A stretch of DNA of 40,451 nt from a virus (taxonomy: Duplodnaviria > Caudoviricetes): the IMG/VR virus record IMGVR_UViG_3300038393_001428, positions 1 through 40,451 of that record; one strand, given 5' to 3'. The notes under the pieces are model-generated. The model had not been told where the DNA came from, searched no databases, and saw only the letters and a list, made by a program, of their open reading frames with translations. Shown here piece after piece: positions 25,464 to 32,638 of this stretch (the first letter of the stretch is position 1; each line of letters opens with the position of its first letter). The position numbers were made by a program, and so were the translations under genes.

Positions 25464-26678
25464 ATGACCGCAGCACAGGGCTTATACAAAAAGATTGCGT
25501 ACAAGAAGCAGACCGCGCTCGGATCGGCTGCCTCGGGCTCTGGCGGACAGCTGGTGCGCCGCGACAAGGCGACCTTTGCGAAGGTGAAAGACATCTTCAC
25601 CTCCGACGAGATCAATAGCTATCAGCAGTATAGCGGCGACAATTTCGGTTCGTCCAAGACGACCGGCTCGCTCGATGGCGAGCTTTCGCCCAAGACCTAC
25701 GCCGACTTCCTCGGTTCGCTCAATCGCTCGGCATTCGCGGCTGGCGTATCGGCATCGGCTGCTTCGCTGACGATTGCTGGGGCTGGGCCGTTCACCATCA
25801 CTCGCGCGGCGGGTTCCTACCTCACCGATGGTTTCAAGGTCGGCGATGTCGTCCAGATCACTGCCGGCACCTACACGGGCATTGCCCGCAACCTCAACAT
25901 GGTCGTGACGGCCCTGACGGCAACCGTGATGACGGTGATCGTCCCCAACGGCAAAGTGCTGTCGGCACAGGGACCGATTACCTCTTCGACTATCGCCGTA
26001 GTCGGGAAGAAGTCGGTCACAGCGAGCACCGGGCAGCTCAACGACTATTACACGATCGAAGAGTGGCTTTCGGACATCTCCAAAAGCCGCCTCTATACCG
26101 ACACGCAGGTTGCCACTGCCGATATCACGATTCCGGCTAATGGCGATTGCAAGATCGCGCTCACGTTCATGGGTCTCGGGCGCACGCTCGGCGTGGCGCA
26201 GGTGCTCACGACCCCAACCACTGAAACGTCGACGTTCATCCTCTCTGGTGTGAATGCTGTCATCATGGTGAACGGCACGCAGCAGCTAACCGCGACTTCG
26301 CTGAGCATCAAGGTCGACGGCCAGCTCGCTCCTGGCGAGGCGGTGATCGGTTCCAAGACGATCAGTGACAACGTGAAGGGCGACATCAAGGTGTCCGGCT
26401 CATTCTCCTTGGTGAAGCAGGACGAGAGCGGAGCGACGATCTTCGAGAACGAAATAGCGGTCCAGATCATCGCGGCCGTGTTCAACGACACCACTGACAA
26501 CGCTGCGTTTGTGTCGTTCTCGATCCCAGCTGCGAGCGTGCTTACCGACGAAAACGATGACGGCAAGAAGCAGATCGTCTCAAGCCATAATTTCACAGCC
26601 GAATACAATGGTTTGAGCGGCGGAACCGGCCTCGCGACGGACTCGGGGATCATCTCGATCCAGGACAGCGCAGCGTAA
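25464..26678 (+). CDS. Major tail tube protein
   Basis: 404 aa, Thr/Gly-rich with an inserted beta domain (DGFKVGD.V); followed by the chaperone pair. Confidence 0.85.
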   Translation: MTAAQGLYKKIAYKKQTALGSAASGSGGQLVRRDKATFAKVKDIFTSDEINSYQQYSGDNFGSSKTTGSLDGELSPKTYADFLGSLNRSAFAAGVSASAASLTIAGAGPFTITRAAGSYLTDGFKVGDVVQITAGTYTGIARNLNMVVTALTATVMTVIVPNGKVLSAQGPITSSTIAVVGKKSVTASTGQLNDYYTIEEWLSDISKSRLYTDTQVATADITIPANGDCKIALTFMGLGRTLGVAQVLTTPTTETSTFILSGVNAVIMVNGTQQLTATSLSIKVDGQLAPGEAVIGSKTISDNVKGDIKVSGSFSLVKQDESGATIFENEIAVQIIAAVFNDTTDNAAFVSFSIPAASVLTDENDDGKKQIVSSHNFTAEYNGLSGGTGLATDSGIISIQDSAA

Positions 26679-26710
26679 GCTTAGCCGCGGGAGAGGCGCG
26701 GTTTACACAG

Positions 26711-26759
26711 GTCACCGGGGGCGCGTTCCTCTCTCGCTCCCGGTGGCACAAGAGAGGAA
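26711..26759 (+). promoter_or_regulatory. Predicted H-type pseudoknot over the TAC ribosome-binding site
   Basis: Stem 26711-23/26735-47; loop TTCCTCTCT pairs with AGAGAGGAA (26751-59). Confidence 0.65.
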
Positions 26760-26765
26760 GATAAC

Positions 26766-27191
26766 ATGGCAACGAAAAAAGGTGGGTTTAACCTCGCGTC
26801 GCTCGATACTGTCGCGGCGTGCAACAAGCCCTTCGAGGTCGAGATCAAGAGCGTGAACGGAGATCCGACCGGCTTCTTCGTGTCGGTCCTAGGGGCTCAC
26901 AGCGATGTCTACCGTGGCCGCATCCGTGCCCTAGCCGATGAATCCCTGCGTAAGCAGGCGACGGGCAAGGCCACCGCAGAGACACTGGACAAGCTGGAAG
27001 CCAAGAATATCGACGCGCTCGTGGCGGCGAGCGTTGGATGGCGCTTTGGCGATGCTACTGTTGTCCCTCTCGATGATGAGGAACTCGACTTCAGCCCAGC
27101 CAATGTCCGCAAGGTTTATGAGCGCCTGCTGCCGGTTCGTGAACAGGTCGCGGAGGCAATCAACGACCTCGCAAATTTTATGCCGCGCTAG
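26766..27191 (+). CDS. Tail assembly chaperone (gpG-like)
   Basis: Position after the tube; ends ...DLANF with slippery AAATTTT. Confidence 0.85.
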   Translation: MATKKGGFNLASLDTVAACNKPFEVEIKSVNGDPTGFFVSVLGAHSDVYRGRIRALADESLRKQATGKATAETLDKLEAKNIDALVAASVGWRFGDATVVPLDDEELDFSPANVRKVYERLLPVREQVAEAINDLANFMPR

Positions 27192-27553
27192 TCGAGAGTT
27201 TCGAGGCGTTCGCCGACTTCCAGTTCATGCTCAACGAACCGGAAGAGGATGGAGCGCCGCTGCTCGACCATTTGCTGGCGACCGAACGGCAGACAGGCAA
27301 GCGTCCACAGATCCTTTTAGATGCCCCCAAACTACCTGATGGCTGTGAGGATCTGTGGGCGATATTCAATGAGCTTCACGGCTGCCGGGGATCGAATGGC
27401 TTTGGCCCGAGCCGGATCACGTTCGTTGATATAGACGCTTGGCAGCGGATTACCGGAGTTCGTCTTTTGCCGTGGGAAGTCGACGCAATCCGCCGTGCGG
27501 ACAAGGCGTTTCTCTCCCGCTGGGACGAAGCGAACAGAGCGTCTCAAGGATGA
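27173..27553 (+). CDS. Tail assembly chaperone extension (gpGT-like) via -1 frameshift
   Basis: A AAT TTT at 27173-27179; the -1 frame is open to 27553 (GFGP..IT..DI.AW...LPWEVDAI..D). Confidence 0.85.
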   Translation, partial: KFYAALVESFEAFADFQFMLNEPEEDGAPLLDHLLATERQTGKRPQILLDAPKLPDGCEDLWAIFNELHGCRGSNGFGPSRITFVDIDAWQRITGVRLLPWEVDAIRRADKAFLSRWDEANRASQG

Positions 27554-27693
27554 TTTAAGGCGCGGTCCACAAGTCTCCGGATGGCCTCCGCGCGCCCAGG
27601 AAGGTCTGGTTGCGTCCGACGCCATTCGTCGATTTTCTTCAGCCACTCCTCAGAGGCGCGCATCTGGAACGGTCTATCGTGGATCAGGGCCAT
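27544..27693 (-). CDS. Ribbon-helix-helix (Arc/CopG-like) repressor
   Basis: FQMRASEEWLKKIDEWRR.Q.DLPGRAEAIRRLV. Confidence 0.8.
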   Translation of the reverse strand: MALIHDRPFQMRASEEWLKKIDEWRRTQPDLPGRAEAIRRLVDRALNHP

Positions 27694-27714
27694 TGCCACA
27701 TTGTATTGTATGTG

Positions 27715-27742
27715 TTGACACATTAATAGTGTCATGTAATGA
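27715..27742 (+). promoter_or_regulatory. Promoter/operator between the RHH and HNH genes
   Basis: TTGACA-16-TAATGA; inverted repeat TGACAC-N7-GTGTCA (27716-27734). Confidence 0.6.
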
Positions 27743-27749
27743 CGTGCGG

Positions 27750-28301
27750 ATGGACAGAGAAGAATGGCGAGCAATCCCCGGCTACGAGGGATACTACGAA
27801 GTCTCCTCCCACGGGCGTGTTAGGTCACTTCCACGGACCATGAAACTACGTGGAAGGTGGGGAGAATATGAGCGCACAATTGACGGCAAGATAATTCGTC
27901 AAGTCCACGGGAACAGTCATTGGATGTATCATTCGGTCTGCCTCCACAATGGGCGAGACAGGCCGAAGCGGTATTTCGTTCATAGGCTGGTATGCGAGGC
28001 TTTTAACGGGCCGCCGCCGCAAGGCGAGAAGAGAATTGTCGCGCACAACGATGGTGACTGGCGAAACAATTATTACGCGAACCTCAGGTGGGCGACCTAT
28101 CTTGAAAACAGTGCCGACGCCAAGGCGCATGGGCGCACGTGCAAAGGAACGCGAAACAAGATCGCAAAGCTTAATGACGATAAGGTGCGCGAAATCAGAA
28201 GTGCCGAAGGCGTAACCCAACGCGAACTTGCGCGTCGGTTCGGCGTAAGCCAAAGCCAGATTTGGATGGTTCGTTCCCGAAAATCATGGCGGCACTTGTA
28301 A
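27750..28301 (+). CDS. NUMOD4-HNH homing endonuclease with C-terminal HTH
   Basis: EEWRAIPGYEGYYEVSSHGRVRS (NUMOD4); VHRLV..AF...AH.DG...NN...NLRW.T..EN; TQRELARRFGVSQSQI. Confidence 0.92.
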   Translation: MDREEWRAIPGYEGYYEVSSHGRVRSLPRTMKLRGRWGEYERTIDGKIIRQVHGNSHWMYHSVCLHNGRDRPKRYFVHRLVCEAFNGPPPQGEKRIVAHNDGDWRNNYYANLRWATYLENSADAKAHGRTCKGTRNKIAKLNDDKVREIRSAEGVTQRELARRFGVSQSQIWMVRSRKSWRHL

Positions 28302-28306
28302 TAGCA

Positions 28307-28342
28307 CAACCCTAACTCCCGCTCCCGCCGCAGACATACCGT
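28307..28342 (+). promoter_or_regulatory. Late promoter motif copy 4 (tape measure)
   Basis: CAACCCTA-actcc-CGCTCCC-N10-TACCGT; ATG 7 nt later. Confidence 0.75.
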
Positions 28343-28349
28343 CTGCGCG

Positions 28350-30923
28350 ATGACAGACCTTGCGAATTTGGTCCTGGCGGTCGACTCGACTTCCGTTCCC
28401 AAGGGCACCGCTGCGCTCAATGAGCTAACGGCTGCTGGCACGCGGGCGGAAGCGGCAGCGATCGGTCTCGGCAGAGGCAGCAAGACGGCTGCTGCCGAAG
28501 GTGTCGCAATGGCAACTGCAGCCCAAGCAGCTGCCCGCGCTGCGATGGATCAAGCATCAGGGTTCAAGGTCGCGACCGATGCTGCGCGCGTCAATACGCT
28601 GGCGCTTCGTGAATCGCTCGTCGTGGCGCGCGAGATCAGCCGCGGTAACTTCACGCGCATTCCCGGCTCACTGACGCTGCTGGCCCAAGGCATCGGCTCA
28701 CAAGGAGGCATCAGCTCCTTTTTGTCGGCCATTTCGCAGCAGATCGGCCTCGTCAAAACACTCCAGAACGCCGAACTCGCGGAAGCAGCGACGGCCGCCG
28801 CGAACGCTGCTGCAGGTGTCGAGGCAGCAGCGCGTCGCGCGTCGGCTAATGTCATGGCTGCCGACACCGAGATTGCGCTTGCCGAGGCGCAGGTTCGCGT
28901 GACGGAAGGCACTTCAGCAGAGGCGGCGGCCCAAGCGCGTCTTGCGGCAGCGCATGAAGCTGTTGGTGTCGCAGCGGCAGAGGCCGCGGTTGCCGAGGAT
29001 GCACTCGCCGTAGCGATGGGCCGCGCAAACGAAGCGCAAGCGGCATCCGCTGCTGCGTCGCGGACGGTGATTGGAGGAGCCGGGATAGGGCTTATCGGCC
29101 TCGGCATCGTTGCTGCTGTCGCCTATGGAGCGGTCAAGCAGTTCCAGGACCAGGTTAAGGAGAGCGGACAGCTCGACGATTTTGCAGACAAGCTGAACTT
29201 GACCGACGCACAAATCAAAAAGCTCGGCGGCAGCGTCACCTATCTCGGCCACAACATAAAAGAAGTGCACGGACTGACCGTCACGTTTGGCGATGTCATG
29301 TACGCCGTGTGGCATGAGATCGGAAGGGAAGTCAGCAACGCCGGCCCGTGGAACGCGATGGAGGCGGCAGCGACGGGCGCCTTCAATGCCATTCTCTCGG
29401 CGTGGAACAAGGTGAGCGCTGGAATCAGCGCTGGTCTCTTCTTCATTATAGATGCCGGAAAGGCCGCCATCAACGGCTCGCTGTTCACTGGCAAGTTCGA
29501 TGCCATCGGCGACATCAAGAGCCGCTACGCCGACGAGCTCAAGCGCAATGCGGACGCCTTCGGCCGTATTGGCGCTGGCGCTATCGCGCACCGTGAAAAG
29601 ACGCTGCAGGATCTCTCGGACGGCAACAATCCGCGTGCCCCGAAGAAGCCGAGGAAGGAAAGCGATCACGGCCTCCAGGAGGCGCTCGACAAGCTCGATG
29701 CCGAGATCAAGGGCCAGTATGCGCTCGCAGCAGCCTACCAAGTCAGTGACGTTGCCGCCCAGCGGGCGATTGCTCACCAGAAAGCTGCTGAGGATGCGAT
29801 CCAGCACAAGGGGCTAGAGACGCAGTTCTACGCCAAGGAACTACAGAAGGCGGTTGCCGAAGACGTAGCAAGGCAGGCCAAGAGCAACGCCGATCTTCAA
29901 ACCGAAACGTCGATCCGTGCACGGCTGAACGCCCAGGTTGCCAATGGGGCGATCAATCTCGGGCAATACAACAGTGAACTAAAGCTGCAGACTACGCTGC
30001 ACCATCTGAACGTCGATCTGGAAAACGCCGATGCTCAGCACAAGGGTGTCGTTCTAAACATCATCAAGCAGACGGTCGACCTCCAGACAGAGCAGCTCCA
30101 GCTCGAGGCTCAGCTAAACGCGCTCAAGCAAAATACAGCCAACGACAATGAGATCGCCAGACTGCAGCTCGAGACGCGGCTGATTGGTGCATCGAACAAG
30201 GAGCGCGCCGTTGCCTTGGCCCAACTGTCGGCGATGCAGCAGCTGAAGGAAATCGACCCGAATGGCCTGTTGACTAAGGGAGAGCGCAACGACTTCGTCG
30301 GAAAGCAAGTCCTGAAAGCTCAGCTATCGGTCCAGACGCCTTTCCAGCAATGGGCGCAGAATATTCACACGTCATCTGCTGGCATTCTGCAGGATCTGCA
30401 GCAGATTGAGTTCAGGGGCTTCGACAACCTCGCCTCTTCGATTGCCGATGTCGCCACCGGCACCAAGAGCTTGGGCGCGGCGTTCCGCGACATCTCGCGC
30501 CAGATCATCAACGATATCATCCAAATGACGGTGAGGATGCTGATATTCCGCGCGGTCAGCAGCATATTCGGCAGCAGCAGTGGCATTGGCGGAGCTGGAG
30601 CGGGATTATCGGCTGCAGGTGCCGTCGCTGGTGCCAGAGCCTCAGGCGGCCCTGTGTCGTCGGGACAGACCTATCTCGTCGGCGAAAAGGGTCCGGAGCT
30701 GTTTCGCCCATCCTCGTCGGGAGCGATCATCCCCAACCATAAGGTCGCAGCCAACAACAATGGGCCAATCGAGATCAAGATCGGCTTTGGCGATGCGCCC
30801 GACTTTGCTCCTTACGTACAAGAAGTCTCGGCAGCTCACGCCAATCAGGCTGTGGCGATCTCGGTAGATCATACGAACAAGACGTTGAGCGCACTCGCCC
30901 GTCCCAAACTGATGGGGCGGTGA
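28350..30923 (+). CDS. Tape measure protein
   Basis: 857 aa, Ala-rich helical; C-terminal RASGGPV..GQTYLVGEKGPELF. Confidence 0.92.
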   Translation: MTDLANLVLAVDSTSVPKGTAALNELTAAGTRAEAAAIGLGRGSKTAAAEGVAMATAAQAAARAAMDQASGFKVATDAARVNTLALRESLVVAREISRGNFTRIPGSLTLLAQGIGSQGGISSFLSAISQQIGLVKTLQNAELAEAATAAANAAAGVEAAARRASANVMAADTEIALAEAQVRVTEGTSAEAAAQARLAAAHEAVGVAAAEAAVAEDALAVAMGRANEAQAASAAASRTVIGGAGIGLIGLGIVAAVAYGAVKQFQDQVKESGQLDDFADKLNLTDAQIKKLGGSVTYLGHNIKEVHGLTVTFGDVMYAVWHEIGREVSNAGPWNAMEAAATGAFNAILSAWNKVSAGISAGLFFIIDAGKAAINGSLFTGKFDAIGDIKSRYADELKRNADAFGRIGAGAIAHREKTLQDLSDGNNPRAPKKPRKESDHGLQEALDKLDAEIKGQYALAAAYQVSDVAAQRAIAHQKAAEDAIQHKGLETQFYAKELQKAVAEDVARQAKSNADLQTETSIRARLNAQVANGAINLGQYNSELKLQTTLHHLNVDLENADAQHKGVVLNIIKQTVDLQTEQLQLEAQLNALKQNTANDNEIARLQLETRLIGASNKERAVALAQLSAMQQLKEIDPNGLLTKGERNDFVGKQVLKAQLSVQTPFQQWAQNIHTSSAGILQDLQQIEFRGFDNLASSIADVATGTKSLGAAFRDISRQIINDIIQMTVRMLIFRAVSSIFGSSSGIGGAGAGLSAAGAVAGARASGGPVSSGQTYLVGEKGPELFRPSSSGAIIPNHKVAANNNGPIEIKIGFGDAPDFAPYVQEVSAAHANQAVAISVDHTNKTLSALARPKLMGR

Positions 30924-30924
30924 C

Positions 30925-31506
30925 ATGTCGCTTATCACCGCGCCTGCCTTCGCATTCAGAGAGATAGAGTGGGAGCTGGATCAGCCGGCGCAAGTCAATC
31001 GCTCGCAATGGACTGGCAAGCGCACTGTGGTCACGTCGCCTTGGCACGGCATCTGGCGCTCCACGATCTATCCGAGGACCGAGCAGGGCGAAGCTAATTT
31101 CCGGGCACTGCGCGGCTTCTTTGTGAACCTCCAGGGACAGGTCAACACCTTCCTGCTGCCCGCCACCGAAGCGGCCCAAGGGGTTGCCGATACAACGGTC
31201 GCATCCGGAGGAGCGCAGGGAAGCCTGACGCTCGTCATGGCCGCATCGCGTACCGTGACAACCGGAATGCTGGCAACCGTCACCCTGCCGAGCGGCAATT
31301 TTCAAATGGTCATGATTACCGTCGACAGCACGGGAACGACACTGACGTTCAAGCCCGCGCTTCGTGAATCGGCCGCAGTCGGAGCAGCTGTGGCGCTATC
31401 TAGCCCGGTTTGCCAAGTCGCGATGGCGGATAGCAAATTCCGGTGGAGTGTCGGCTCGTGGCGGCGATACTCGACCAACGGAATTGCCGTCGAGGAGGCT
31501 TTCTAG
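30925..31506 (+). CDS. Distal tail protein (Dit-like)
   Basis: Follows TMP; S.WTG...FF..L.G..NTF...F.PALR..EEAF. Confidence 0.65.
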   Translation: MSLITAPAFAFREIEWELDQPAQVNRSQWTGKRTVVTSPWHGIWRSTIYPRTEQGEANFRALRGFFVNLQGQVNTFLLPATEAAQGVADTTVASGGAQGSLTLVMAASRTVTTGMLATVTLPSGNFQMVMITVDSTGTTLTFKPALRESAAVGAAVALSSPVCQVAMADSKFRWSVGSWRRYSTNGIAVEEAF

Positions 31507-32165
31507 TGCCGACCCTCGACAGTACCGCAAAGGCGGCGGTCAACAGTAGCTTCGCCCCGGCGTGGTTCATTTATCTCGACATTCTCTCCGATCCGCTGCG
31601 CGTCACTACGTTCGGTGCCAATGTTGCTTTTTCCGGGACAGGCGACAGTGACCTAGACGGCAACACCTTCACAGCATTCGCCGGAAAGCTGATTGAGGTC
31701 AGCGATGTCAGCAATGGAGAGGCGGGGTCTGAAACCCTGACCATCACGCTTTCCGGCATCGTCAGCATCGATACCACACTGGTCAATGAAATCGGCGACA
31801 AGACCAAGTGGCAGGGACGCACCGCAAGATTGTGGTTCAGGGTCTATGACGCGGCCGGCGTAACCGCCCAAGGCGCGATCGTCTCTTTCTACACCGGGTA
31901 TATGAGTTCTGTTCGCCTGATTGCCGCGCCGGAAAGCCAGACGATCCAGCTCTCGATCGAAAATTACCTCGCCTACACGACCCAGGCGTCTAACCGCTCC
32001 TATCTCAACCAGAAGGATTACGATTCTGCCGACACTAGTGCGGCGGCGACGATCACTGCGGCCAATGGCCTGAGGCGCGATTCTGGAGCTGTTGCCGGTT
32101 ATTCTGGTTCTGGCGGTGGGCCGGCCAGCAATATCCGCGAACCCACACTGACGCACCTCGTATGA
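31506..32165 (+). CDS. Tail tip/hub protein (gpL/DUF2163-like)
   Basis: Synteny; LTITLSG...WQGR.A.L...FYTGYM. Confidence 0.6.
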   Translation: MPTLDSTAKAAVNSSFAPAWFIYLDILSDPLRVTTFGANVAFSGTGDSDLDGNTFTAFAGKLIEVSDVSNGEAGSETLTITLSGIVSIDTTLVNEIGDKTKWQGRTARLWFRVYDAAGVTAQGAIVSFYTGYMSSVRLIAAPESQTIQLSIENYLAYTTQASNRSYLNQKDYDSADTSAAATITAANGLRRDSGAVAGYSGSGGGPASNIREPTLTHLV

Positions 32166-32638
32166 GCCGTCATCCGCAATGGGAATCTCGCTTGAGCGCT
32201 CTTGTCGCCAAGCGCATGAATGCTCCCTACGTCCCAAGTCGCCATGACTGCCTTTTGTGGCCAGCGGACGTGGCCAAGGCCGTAACCGGCACGGATCACG
32301 CGCGCGGGCATCGCGGCAAGTACAAGAGCACCGCAACGGGGTATCGCTATCTTCGCGAGAAGCTAGGGCACGACACCCCTGAATCGCTGCTCGATAGCCT
32401 GTTCGATGAGAAACCGGTTGGGTTTGCGGGCCGCGGTGACTTGGTACTCGCCGAAGATGGGATCCCGGCTGTGTGCATGGGCGCGTTCGCTCTGTCCGTA
32501 GGACAGGAGGGCAATCACGAAGGCTTGGTGCGCGTGCCTCGCGAGCAATGGATCAAGGCGTGGGCGGTCGGAGAACACCACAGCGGTGAATTGAAGCTCT
32601 CTAAAAAACGGAGGGCACCATCTCAAAAAAGATCATAG
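32162..32638 (+). CDS. NlpC/P60-like tail-associated protein (DUF6950/gpK-like)
   Basis: WESRL...HDC..W.AD...AVTG.D...RGD...AW.V. Confidence 0.7.
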   Translation: MSRHPQWESRLSALVAKRMNAPYVPSRHDCLLWPADVAKAVTGTDHARGHRGKYKSTATGYRYLREKLGHDTPESLLDSLFDEKPVGFAGRGDLVLAEDGIPAVCMGAFALSVGQEGNHEGLVRVPREQWIKAWAVGEHHSGELKLSKKRRAPSQKRS

